Shown here one piece after another: positions 55,482-64,000 of a DNA stretch of 64,000 bases; the stretch's first letter is position 1, and each line of letters opens with the position of its first letter. Under the pieces are notes generated by a model that did not search any database, had not been told where the DNA came from, and saw only the letters and a list, made by a program, of their open reading frames with translations. The position numbers and the translations under genes are program-made. The stretch is from Patescibacteria group bacterium (GTDB lineage: Bacteria > Patescibacteriota > Patescibacteriia > SBBC01 > CAIJZX01): the NCBI GenBank assembly GCA_038065275.1, contig JBBTRH010000007.1, forward strand, positions 2,873 to 66,872. The letters run 5' to 3'.

Positions 55482-58250
55482 TTAGTCGAGGAGGGGTTTC
55501 TGCGCGAGGGCGCAGAAAAGGGGTGGGCATTTCGCCTCCCCCCAATTCTTCCCCACCCCCACCCCCACCTCAATCGGCACATTCAATGTGTACACACTAT
55601 CCATCGTCTTCTGCAGAAACTTGCTCACCCTTTCAACGTCATCAACCGGCGCCTCGACCACCAATTCATCATGCACCTGCAGTAACAACCTGGCCTGGGG
55701 GCTGATTTTTGGCAATTCGGCGTGCACTTTAATCATCGCCATCTTCATCAGGTCCGCCGCCGTCCCCTGGATCGGCGCGTTAATGGCTTGCCGTTCGGCC
55801 GACGCCACCAACATTCCATTCGATGAGTTTATTTCCGGAAAATACCGTCGTCGGCCGAACAACGTTTCCACGTAGCCTTTTTCATGAGCCAGTTTCTTGG
55901 TGTTGTCAATCCAGGTTTTGATGTTCTGGTGGATGGCGAAGTACTTGTCGATGAATTCCTTGGCCTGCTGGCGCGAAATTCCTTCGCCCTGGGCCAGGCC
56001 GACGTACCCGAGACCGTAGATGATGCCGAAGTTCACCGCCTTGGCCGCCCGGCGCATCTGGTGCGTCACTTTATCGAGCGGCACGCCGTTGATGTTGGCG
56101 GCGGTGCGGGCGTGAATGTCTTCGCCTTTTCGAAAAGATTCCATCATGGCCTCGTCCTTCGCCATCGAGGCCACGATACGCAATTCAATTTGCGAATAGT
56201 CAGCCGACAGCAGGCGGAAACCGCGTTCGGCGATGAAGGCTTTGCGGATTTCCGCGCCGAGTTCGGTGCGAATCGGAATGTTTTGCAGATTTGGATCGGA
56301 CGAGGATAGCCGGCCGGTGGCGGCGACGGTTTGGTTGTAGCTCGTGTGCACTCGGCCGGTTTTTTCGTTCACCAATTCGGGCAAGGCGTCGATATAGGTT
56401 GACAGAAGTTTCGCCAGTTCTCGCTGTTGAGAAATCAGCGGGATAATCGGATGACGGTCCTTCATTTTCTCCAGTTCATCGGCCGCCGTCGAGACGCCGG
56501 TTTTCGTTTTTCCTAATCCGGCCGTCGAGATTTTTAGTGTTTCAAACAACACCTCTTTCAACTGGAGCGGTGAGTTGATGTTAAACTCGTGTCCGGCGAG
56601 TTCATAAATCTTCGATTCGATCTTCTTCAGGTCGCCGCGTATGCGCTTCGACATGGCCGCTAAAAATTCCGTATCAATTTTGATGCCGGCTAGTTCCATG
56701 TCGGTCAGGACTCGCACCAACGGCATCTCCATTGATTCAAAGACGCCGCTGACGTCCGCCGCCTCAAGTTTCGGCCGGAGCCGTTCCACTAAGCGCCAGG
56801 TAAAATCCGCGTCTTCGCTCGAATACCACGACAGTTTTTCGAGCGGCACGTCGGCCATCGAAAGTTGCTTTTTTCCTTTCGGCCCAATCAGCGCCTGAAT
56901 CGGCATCATTTCGTACCCGAACTCCGTAAAGGCCAGTGCGTCGAGGGAGTGCTGGCGCGTGCCAGGGTTTAGCAAATATGACGCCAGCATCGAATCGAAA
57001 CTCATCGGATTCAGTCGAATATCGCTCATGGCCAACACCGCAGCATCAAATTTCATATTATGCCCGTACTTCTCTGTTTTTTCATCCTCCAGGATTGGTT
57101 TAAGAGTTTTCAGCCATTCTGGCTTCGCTACTACATACCAACCCTCTCCGGCTTCCCAGGAAAAACTAAGTCCAAGAAGTTTCGCTCTCCAAGGATCAAG
57201 TCCGGTCGTTTCAGTATCAACAGCAAATTCACTTTTTCTCCCCAATTCACCAATGAACTTTCCCCACGTCGCCTCATCATTCACCAGGGTATATTTGTGT
57301 CCCTCTTTCTTCGGCGCCGGCGCGGACAAATCGAAGCGCATGGCCGCTTGTTTGCCTGTCTTGGCGTCGATCTCCGGCAGTTTTGTCAGGAGCGACTTAA
57401 AATTTAAATCCTGAAACATGCTCACGACTTTCGACCGGTCATAATGCTTGATGGCGGCGGTGTTGACATCAAAATCAATCGGCACGTCGCGCTTGATGGT
57501 GGCAAGTTTTTTCGACAAGAACGCGTCGGTCTTGTGCGACAGCAATTTTTCACGAATCAACCCGCGAATAGCTTGAGATTTTCTTGTATTGTCAGCCAGC
57601 GCGGTGTAGAGATCTTCCAGGGTATCGAAGTTTTGCAGTAATTCAGTGGCCGTCTTTTCGCCAATGCCTTTGACTCCCGGAATGTTGTCCGCGGCGTCGC
57701 CACGCAGGGCTTTGTAGTCGATGATTTGGTCCGGTCGCAAACCGTATCGCTCCTTCACCCCGGCCGAATCGTACAGAGCGGTGTCGCTCAATCCTTTGCG
57801 CATGGTGAAGACCTTGGTGTGCTCGTCGACTAACTGCATCGTGTCCATGTCGCCGGTCAAAATGACTTTCTCAACCCCCTTAGCCTCTTTGGTGATAGTC
57901 CCAATGACATCGTCCGCCTCAAAACCCTGTTGTTCGTAGATCGGAATATTGAAGCTCTTGACCATCTCCTTGACCCGCGGAATCTGCTCGTACAATTCAT
58001 CCGGCGCTTTGACTCGCGTGGCTTTATATTCCTTGTACATCTCGTCCCGGAACGTCGGCCCCTTCAAGTCAAATGTGGCCACGATGTGCGTCGGCTTCAG
58101 CTCTTTCCAGGCTTTTAACAACGACGAAGCAAACCCGTAGACCGCGTTCACCTGCTCACCCTTCACGTTCGTCAACGGCGGCAACGCATGAAAACTCCGG
58201 TGTACTAAAGCATTCCCATCAATGATTAAGAGTTTCTGCTTAGCGGGCAT
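55482..58250 (-). CDS. polA: DNA polymerase I
   Basis: IDGNALVHR 5'-exo, DTETTG 3'-exo, TGRLSSSDPNLQNIP, ADYSQIELR, AKAVNFGIIYG, QVHDE. Confidence 0.98.
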   Translation of the reverse strand: MPAKQKLLIIDGNALVHRSFHALPPLTNVKGEQVNAVYGFASSLLKAWKELKPTHIVATFDLKGPTFRDEMYKEYKATRVKAPDELYEQIPRVKEMVKSFNIPIYEQQGFEADDVIGTITKEAKGVEKVILTGDMDTMQLVDEHTKVFTMRKGLSDTALYDSAGVKERYGLRPDQIIDYKALRGDAADNIPGVKGIGEKTATELLQNFDTLEDLYTALADNTRKSQAIRGLIREKLLSHKTDAFLSKKLATIKRDVPIDFDVNTAAIKHYDRSKVVSMFQDLNFKSLLTKLPEIDAKTGKQAAMRFDLSAPAPKKEGHKYTLVNDEATWGKFIGELGRKSEFAVDTETTGLDPWRAKLLGLSFSWEAGEGWYVVAKPEWLKTLKPILEDEKTEKYGHNMKFDAAVLAMSDIRLNPMSFDSMLASYLLNPGTRQHSLDALAFTEFGYEMMPIQALIGPKGKKQLSMADVPLEKLSWYSSEDADFTWRLVERLRPKLEAADVSGVFESMEMPLVRVLTDMELAGIKIDTEFLAAMSKRIRGDLKKIESKIYELAGHEFNINSPLQLKEVLFETLKISTAGLGKTKTGVSTAADELEKMKDRHPIIPLISQQRELAKLLSTYIDALPELVNEKTGRVHTSYNQTVAATGRLSSSDPNLQNIPIRTELGAEIRKAFIAERGFRLLSADYSQIELRIVASMAKDEAMMESFRKGEDIHARTAANINGVPLDKVTHQMRRAAKAVNFGIIYGLGYVGLAQGEGISRQQAKEFIDKYFAIHQNIKTWIDNTKKLAHEKGYVETLFGRRRYFPEINSSNGMLVASAERQAINAPIQGTAADLMKMAMIKVHAELPKISPQARLLLQVHDELVVEAPVDDVERVSKFLQKTMDSVYTLNVPIEVGVGVGKNWGEAKCPPLFCALAQKPLLD

Positions 58251-58275
58251 GAGCACATTCTACCACGATGGGAGT

Positions 58276-58438
58276 ACGAGTTGTAGGATTTAGGATTTAA
58301 GACTTAAGAATTAAGCTTTTGCGCGAAACGTTTTCCAACCTTCCGCTTAAATCATAAAATCCTACAACTTACACCTTACAACCTAAACCCTACAACCTAT
58401 ATCCTACAAACCACAACTTACAATTTTAATCCTACAAC
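58276..58438. repeat. Heptamer tandem arrays in both orientations downstream of the four-helix-bundle gene
   Basis: TTAGGAT/TTAAGAC units, then CCTACAA/CTTACAA units. Confidence 0.8.
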
Positions 58439-58785
58439 CTCTCCAACGCTTGCTCAAGCCGAAAAAGCATCCTCGAACATACCTCAAAGTCGTTGTAGAA
58501 CTGAATAAAGTCTTTCTTCGGGACATAACCTTTGTTGAACGCTATGCGTAGATGGTGTTTCGTCTCTCGTGTTTCACCCTGGGCGCGACTGATGCATTCC
58601 GTATAGATATTGGTGTGCTTATTGCCGAATCCCTCGGCCAGGTTGGCCGCCACCGAATTTGACGATCGTCGCAGTTGTGAACCCAGTTCATACACTTCAA
58701 ATTTCGGAAACGTCATCGTTAAGTCATGCACCCGTATCACCAAATCAACGAGCCTCCGATAAACCTCTAAATCCTCAACTCTCAT
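58432..58785 (-). CDS. Four-helix-bundle protein (23S rRNA IVP-like family)
   Basis: DLEVY, FPKFEVYELGSQLRRSSNSVAANLAEG. Confidence 0.9.
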   Translation of the reverse strand: MRVEDLEVYRRLVDLVIRVHDLTMTFPKFEVYELGSQLRRSSNSVAANLAEGFGNKHTNIYTECISRAQGETRETKHHLRIAFNKGYVPKKDFIQFYNDFEVCSRMLFRLEQALERL

Positions 58786-58794
58786 GTCATAGTA

Positions 58795-58845
58795 TCCTTC
58801 AACCTAAATCCTACAACCTCAATCTTACAACTTAAATCCTACAAC
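58795..58845. repeat. Heptamer tandem array upstream of the four-helix-bundle gene
   Basis: CCTAAAT CCTACAA CCTCAAT CTTACAA CTTAAAT CCTACAA. Confidence 0.8.
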
Positions 58846-59990
58846 GTTCTTCCCCCACCGATCGGCAACGGTTTGGCCGTCCGTGGAAAGTCTACTCTGA
58901 CTGTCAGCTTCTCCGGCGTCGCATCTAGGGTGGTCAAACGCACGCCGGACTGAAGATCAGTGAAGCTCGCGCCGAGTCGCAGGATATTCACGCGGACATA
59001 GGCCGGCGGCGTTGGATCAACAAGAAAGGTTTTTCCGCCGTCACCGCTAATGTGTAGCAAGGCACCGGAAAATACCGCCGGGTCATCCAAACTAAGGTCA
59101 TATCCGATGGGCTGGCGATACTCGACCGACAATACTGTCCCGTCACCGCGCGATATGTTCAGCGCCTTCACGCCGGGGGACAACGATTCAAGTGGTAACA
59201 GGTTGTAGGTGCCGGAAACTGGAGCCGTCAACACATCGCCTTCGTTAAGCCACCCCAATTGTTGTTTGTGCAATGCGTCAAAGTGTCCGCCCATCGTCTC
59301 GTAGGCGCCGCCCATCAGATCAAAGTGATCGCCGTATTCCCAGACCGGACACTGCGAAACAGTCATCACCGCCAGGTCGCAGTTGAGCAACCCGGCGTGG
59401 TGAAGCCCCAGACCATGCCCTAACTCATGAGCCAAGCTGTAGAGGGTCGCGGCGCTGGCGCGGATGACGGCCCGACTGCCGGTCACCGTCCCGTCAGGGG
59501 TTAGGAAGGGTGTAGCGCCGATAAGCGATGCGCCATCACCGCAAGTGGCATTCGTATATGGCGCAACAACGATGAAATGCTGGTAGTCGAGAAAGTGAAC
59601 GTTGGCGCCGCTGGTAGCCAGAGCATTGACCGCCGTCAGGATCAGGTCTCTGATGGCGCACGTCGAGTCGATCGGCAACTGGTACCAGCCGTGGACTTCG
59701 CCGTCAAGCTGGAAACGGCCGTAAGAATTCTCGCGGTAGTATCCGCTGACGCTCGGCACTGAACTGCCGAACATCAGCGTCTGGATCGAGGTCTGATCAA
59801 TTCCCGTCGGCGGCGTTTGGCCGGCAAAGTACGTTAGCATCACCAGGGCACGGTGCGTCGCAACGCCAGCGGTAAACCCATCGTCCCCTGAGCCATCAAT
59901 GACCAGCGCCTCGGCCCTGAAGACCGGCGTGGGCCAGAGTAAGAGCAGAACGATGGCCGGAACCGCCAGGCATCGTTTAGCCGGGTTCAT
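58839..59990 (-). CDS. Secreted zinc metalloprotease (M11/M6-like)
   Basis: Signal peptide; YYRENSYG; HELGHGLGLHH; EYGD..DLMG. Confidence 0.85.
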   Translation of the reverse strand: MNPAKRCLAVPAIVLLLLWPTPVFRAEALVIDGSGDDGFTAGVATHRALVMLTYFAGQTPPTGIDQTSIQTLMFGSSVPSVSGYYRENSYGRFQLDGEVHGWYQLPIDSTCAIRDLILTAVNALATSGANVHFLDYQHFIVVAPYTNATCGDGASLIGATPFLTPDGTVTGSRAVIRASAATLYSLAHELGHGLGLHHAGLLNCDLAVMTVSQCPVWEYGDHFDLMGGAYETMGGHFDALHKQQLGWLNEGDVLTAPVSGTYNLLPLESLSPGVKALNISRGDGTVLSVEYRQPIGYDLSLDDPAVFSGALLHISGDGGKTFLVDPTPPAYVRVNILRLGASFTDLQSGVRLTTLDATPEKLTVRVDFPRTAKPLPIGGGRTL

Positions 59991-62157
59991 GGGGGCGGCC
60001 GCGTCCTTTCCGCCAAGCCACCCAGGCCGGTTTCGCCCCGGCCCCTAACCCCCCGAGCGCCGCCAACGCCCAGTACCACAGCGTCTGGTTCCGCGATGCC
60101 GCCGGCGCGGTCATCGTTGGCGCGGGCGCGACCGTGGCCGCCCCGAGCACGCGTTCAACGCGGAGATCGTTCTGCATCCGCGGCAGGATCCGCACGCCGC
60201 TGGTCGACACGCCGACCACGCCAACCGCATCAACCGTATCACCGGCTTTAACTTTCGGCCGGACAATGCCGGTCGACGACTTCAGGTACAGCGATACCGG
60301 CCCGCTGCCGTCGTCGATTTCGATCCGGTTGCCGCTGGCTAAACTGACCACCCCTTTGACGTGGACCAGTTGATCGGCTTGGTCCGGCCCGACCTCATCG
60401 GTCGTCACCGTCGGCGGAGTCGGGACCGCCGGAGCGGAGGTTAGGATGCGCAAGCTGTGGGCGGCGACGCTGACGTACCGCCGGCCGTTCTTCAGCCGGA
60501 CGGTGCCGGTCGCTTCGACCTCCTGCCCAAGCTGAATGCTCTTTTCACCGTTGGGAATGGCCAGGCTCACTCCGCCGGCGTCGCTTTGGACATAGGCCAG
60601 CGTTGCCCCGAGCGCGTCGCGCGGCACGGTGACGATGCCGCTGACTATCACCCGATCACCCGAGTCAAGCTCTTGCACCTGGGTCAATGATACCCGTTCG
60701 GCCGGCGGTTCGGTTGACGCCGTTTTCTTAGTGCTGATCGTTTTCTTTTTCGTCGCGGCACCCTTGGTCGCGCTTGAAGCGCTTTTCGGCGCGCTCGACT
60801 TATCCACGGCCACATTCGCCAGAACGTTGATCGCGCCCGGGGTTGGTTTGCCTGTCCACGACCAGGCGTCGCCGAACCGCGCCCACGTTTTTCCTTCGGC
60901 CGCGGCGCCGTAAGTCGCCCGATCAAGTTCCGCGCCGTCGCTGTCGACGAATCGCACCGTCGCGCCGCCGTTATTCAAAGTCAGATGCGTTTCCGATTTC
61001 GGCAACAATAGCCGCGCGCCGCGCGCCACTGTTTTCCCCGCCGGTATTTTGTACGACCGCGTGGCCGTAGTGAATACCGCGCACGCGCCGGTGGTGACCT
61101 CTTCATCGCCGTCATTAACCAATTCGATAAATTCGCCGCTATCGACGCCGGGCGGGTTCGGATACAGCTCTGAAATATGCAACTCAAGACACGAAGTGGC
61201 CGGGGCCGTCGCCGCTGTTTTCCCCGCCTCTGCTGGGGAGAGGTTAGGGGCGGTGGGAGTCGGGGACGGTGCGGCAACGGGCGTGGCCGGAGTATTTTCG
61301 ATCGTCGCTTTGGCCGTGTCGCTGGCCGAATCACTCCCGTCGTTTACCGCCAGGGTCACTGCATACGCGCCCGCCGCCGCGTAGATGTGCTTCGGGGTAG
61401 CTTCAGTGCTGGACACCCCATCACCGAACGACCAGGCATAGGTCAACGGCTGGCCTTCCGGGTCGGACGAATCACTGCCGTCGAAGTTCAGCTCCTGGCC
61501 GACGGTTCCGGTTTGATCCGGACCGGCATGGGCGGCCGGCAGGCCATTGGAATTGACACTGCCCGGCGTGCCGAGCTCGACGGCGGACGGTTTGAATCCG
61601 AGACCTCGGCTGGCCGCGTGCCAATTCGAGGCTTGCGTACCGTCGCCGGGTACGGGATTGCGTTCCATGCTGGCGTACAGCTTTTTAGCGCTGTCATAGG
61701 CGCCGGATAACGGGTTGCCGACGCCGTCATCGACCGTATCAACGAGCGTTTTCGCCGCATCGTAGAGTTTAATCTGCAAGGCGGTGTTGCTCAACGCGAC
61801 GTCGGTCGTGACGTAATCGGGAACGACGCTAAGGACCGAGTTGGCGCTGGTGACGGCGTAGTTGCTGATCAGGAATATACCCCCCGGGGGTATATTTTTC
61901 CCGGCGGGAATAGCCAGCATCGGCGCTTCAGCCCCGCCGCTCTTCTTCGTTAGCGTCCAATTCGAGAGATCGACCGGCTGATCAGTGACATTGCGAAGTT
62001 CAATCCACTCATCCGCCGACGAGGCCGACGACCCCATCCACATCAGCTCGTTGATGACGACCGTCGGTCCGTCGGCCTGGACGCGGCCGGAACCAAGCCC
62101 GGCCGGCATGGCCAGGGCGCTGAAAACCGCGATAATACTGAGAATTCTGGATAGCAT
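59977..62157 (-). CDS. Surface protein: lamin-tail domains, PKD domain, OB folds, C-terminal TM
   Basis: VVINELMW..DEWIELRN, WSFGDG (PKD), ISELYPNP..EFIEL, IDDGSG. Confidence 0.85.
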   Translation of the reverse strand: MLSRILSIIAVFSALAMPAGLGSGRVQADGPTVVINELMWMGSSASSADEWIELRNVTDQPVDLSNWTLTKKSGGAEAPMLAIPAGKNIPPGGIFLISNYAVTSANSVLSVVPDYVTTDVALSNTALQIKLYDAAKTLVDTVDDGVGNPLSGAYDSAKKLYASMERNPVPGDGTQASNWHAASRGLGFKPSAVELGTPGSVNSNGLPAAHAGPDQTGTVGQELNFDGSDSSDPEGQPLTYAWSFGDGVSSTEATPKHIYAAAGAYAVTLAVNDGSDSASDTAKATIENTPATPVAAPSPTPTAPNLSPAEAGKTAATAPATSCLELHISELYPNPPGVDSGEFIELVNDGDEEVTTGACAVFTTATRSYKIPAGKTVARGARLLLPKSETHLTLNNGGATVRFVDSDGAELDRATYGAAAEGKTWARFGDAWSWTGKPTPGAINVLANVAVDKSSAPKSASSATKGAATKKKTISTKKTASTEPPAERVSLTQVQELDSGDRVIVSGIVTVPRDALGATLAYVQSDAGGVSLAIPNGEKSIQLGQEVEATGTVRLKNGRRYVSVAAHSLRILTSAPAVPTPPTVTTDEVGPDQADQLVHVKGVVSLASGNRIEIDDGSGPVSLYLKSSTGIVRPKVKAGDTVDAVGVVGVSTSGVRILPRMQNDLRVERVLGAATVAPAPTMTAPAASRNQTLWYWALAALGGLGAGAKPAWVAWRKGRGRPHEPG

Positions 62158-62316
62158 TTTGGTGACTCCTTTCCTAGGGAGCCACCAAAATTTGTCTATG
62201 TGGACAGTATACCCCAGCGCCGGAAAACGTCAAGTGGCACCGTGAGTCCCGTCCCAGTGGTGCCGCTAGTCGCCGCCCCTCCAACGGCGAGCAGGCCGGG
62301 CGCGCCTTGGAGTTTA

Positions 62317-62430
62317 CCCCGCACCAGAATGGTGCGGGGACGATTTTCCCGCCACCTAAATCCAGGTGATTATGTGGGCGGGATCCCGCTTCGCGGGATA
62401 ATCCTTCGACTCGCTCCGCTCGCTCAGGAC
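62317..62430. repeat. Cluster of REP-like palindromes at the island boundary
   Basis: CCCCGCACCA-GAA-TGGTGCGGGG; ATCCCGC-TTC-GCGGGAT; ATCCTTCGACTCGCT..CGCTCAGGAC. Confidence 0.6.
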
Positions 62431-62541
62431 ACGGTTTTTCTACGGATTCCGAATTAGTACAGATTCGGAATTCGTAGGTAAAGTCTATTCGACTTTACCT
62501 TCCTGTGGTGAGCCGGGCCGAACCATGACGGCAAATTCCTA

Positions 62542-63285
62542 TTATAATTTTCGAGCTAATTCTTTATATGCTGTAATGATATATGGCATTTGAGGAATGA
62601 TAGTTTTAATATCAACATCGACAAGAGGATTGTGTGCAGATACATCTCCAAGAAATTTTATTCCTTTAATTTCTCGTGCAGTTTTGGAAGTAAGAAAGGG
62701 CGCTCCATGGATCTTTTCAGAAGAAGCACTGTTTATCATTGTTTCCAATCCTACCAAACCACCGGGCTTGGTACGGTCTTCTAATTTTGATCCGAGACGG
62801 TTTCTGTTGAATGAAATATAAATCAACTTCTCTAAAACTTTACGAAGCAGAAAGGCAGTACAGTTACCGCTCTTCCCAAAGTTTAACTGCAAATCTTCAA
62901 GTTCAACATTGAAATTCCTTTTCAATTTTTTTACAAGTGACTCAGAAAATAATTCACTTTCTGCGGTAACAGCTTTGCTTCCGCCGGCTGCCAATTTTAA
63001 GGCTTTGGCGCGGAGAACACTTGAAAGAACCCATAGATTGCCAATCAAGCCCTCTTTCTTGATAGCTTGGATAATTCCCTCCATCATGAATTTCTGCATG
63101 TATGTCTGCACATGATTGGGCTTCAATTTTTTCCCAAATCTTTCCTTCACTCTTAGGATAAGTGCCGGGCTAGTAACTGGGGTATCAAAAAATCCTTCGA
63201 GAATAAGAGTTCTAATAAATTCGTGTTTACCCTTTGCCCGTAAAGAAAGTTTTTTAGCCCTTTCTTTTAGTGCTTTTGCCGTCAT
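62542..63285 (-). CDS. wHTH + DUF4145/HEPN-like domain protein
   Basis: N-terminal LILEGFFDTP; C-terminal AFLLRKVLEKL...GDVSAHN; low GC. Confidence 0.65.
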   Translation of the reverse strand: MTAKALKERAKKLSLRAKGKHEFIRTLILEGFFDTPVTSPALILRVKERFGKKLKPNHVQTYMQKFMMEGIIQAIKKEGLIGNLWVLSSVLRAKALKLAAGGSKAVTAESELFSESLVKKLKRNFNVELEDLQLNFGKSGNCTAFLLRKVLEKLIYISFNRNRLGSKLEDRTKPGGLVGLETMINSASSEKIHGAPFLTSKTAREIKGIKFLGDVSAHNPLVDVDIKTIIPQMPYIITAYKELARKL

Positions 63286-63294
63286 ATTTGCTTG

Positions 63295-63645
63295 TCATTT
63301 ACGTACAACATATTTCCAATTCTTATCGTCCTTGTCGCGAAAACGCGTTAAAACTCTTTCGCGTACTAAATTCAACAGCCCCATCGATATTGTAGATCTT
63401 GAATAATGCCTTCCTTCTTGCCGCAGAAATTCAATAATTTCTGTCAATTGTTTTGGTGAGTCAATTTTTCCTTCTTCAACCAGCAGGCGAATTCCGCCGG
63501 TAGCGCCGGACATATCTTTATTCTGTGATTTAGGAGTTTTGTGTACCCCTACTGATCTGTGAGTAGCAGGCACACCCGCAAGCGATGCAAGCTCTATTAC
63601 CAGAGTGTTAATTTGTTTAGCAATTATTTGTGGGTCTTTTTTCAT
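63295..63645 (-). CDS. Small winged-helix protein
   Basis: LLVEEGKIDSPK.LTEI...LLNLVRERVLTR...WKY. Confidence 0.7.
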   Translation of the reverse strand: MKKDPQIIAKQINTLVIELASLAGVPATHRSVGVHKTPKSQNKDMSGATGGIRLLVEEGKIDSPKQLTEIIEFLRQEGRHYSRSTISMGLLNLVRERVLTRFRDKDDKNWKYVVRK

Positions 63646-63659
63646 ATAATTTTTTAAAA

Positions 63660-64000
63660 TTAACGTTGACGATACCTAAATGGGCCCTTTCCATCGGCAG
63701 CTTCGTTACGCCCAATAATCTTTTTTCTGATTAGGAGTAAAAGCGGTTTCATTAGTGACGTTGTTGGTTTGTTAACACCTTCGAGTCGGAGCTTCTTCTG
63801 GATTTCAGAGATAGTGCGCGGCTCTTTGAAAAATCCGTCCTGAACCAGATCGAATATTTCGCCGGTAAGACCGGAGAATTCCTGCCCGGCATTTTTTTCT
63901 TTTGTTGCCCTTTTAATTTTCGGGGCATTGCCCCCCAGAGAAGATTTAAGTTCTAATAAAAGTGCCTCCATTTTTGCTATGATTTCGACGTTTCTGTCCA
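63660..64000 (-). CDS. Small winged-helix protein (start probably just outside the window)
   Basis: LVQDGFFKEPRTISEI; frame is open to the window edge (..DRNVEIIAKMEALL). Confidence 0.7.
   Translation of the reverse strand, partial: DRNVEIIAKMEALLLELKSSLGGNAPKIKRATKEKNAGQEFSGLTGEIFDLVQDGFFKEPRTISEIQKKLRLEGVNKPTTSLMKPLLLLIRKKIIGRNEAADGKGPFRYRQR

Noticed and set aside
58432-58785. Four-helix-bundle gene as the DGR's Avd
   Set aside because: 16 kb away with IVP-family motifs (SQLRRSS.S..AN.AEG); a better Avd lies next to the RT
1-64000. Additional VR copies (remote DGR targets)
   Set aside because: No second match to the TR noticed by eye; a BLASTn of the TR against the whole genome would be decisive

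Overview
This is chromosomal DNA, most likely from a CPR/Patescibacteria bacterium (inferred from gene content, the divergent EF-P/FolD and the repeat types). The housekeeping backbone includes pmm/pgm, lgt, glyA, folD, ychF, rpsF-ssb-rpsR-efp, recA, rodZ-ftsK, rpoBC, recQ, murE, ruvA, uvrB, rpsT, holA, polA and tRNA-Arg(CCG). The main accessory system is a complete diversity-generating retroelement at about 38.1-46.2 kb. Its 124-bp TR (42176-42299) and VR (43472-43595) differ at 18 positions; 17 are TR adenines and 16 of those are A->G. The VR sits at the C-terminus of a MoxR/AAA_5-type ATPase. The avd gene is inverted between TR and RT, an AbiEii-type toxin-antitoxin pair lies between VR and TR, and the RT gene overlaps a transglutaminase-vWA gene. 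The window also carries (i) a family of short hairpin MITE-like elements (CCCGTTAG...CTAACGGG) with 4-bp target duplications, often at stop/start codon junctions, (ii) a second ~180-bp MITE family, (iii) in-frame palindromic inserts inside proteins, (iv) promoter/terminator-bounded candidate structured ncRNAs, (v) a four-paralog small-protein array, and (vi) the edge of a low-GC wHTH/HEPN-like island. All calls come from reading motifs by eye; no database searches were run.
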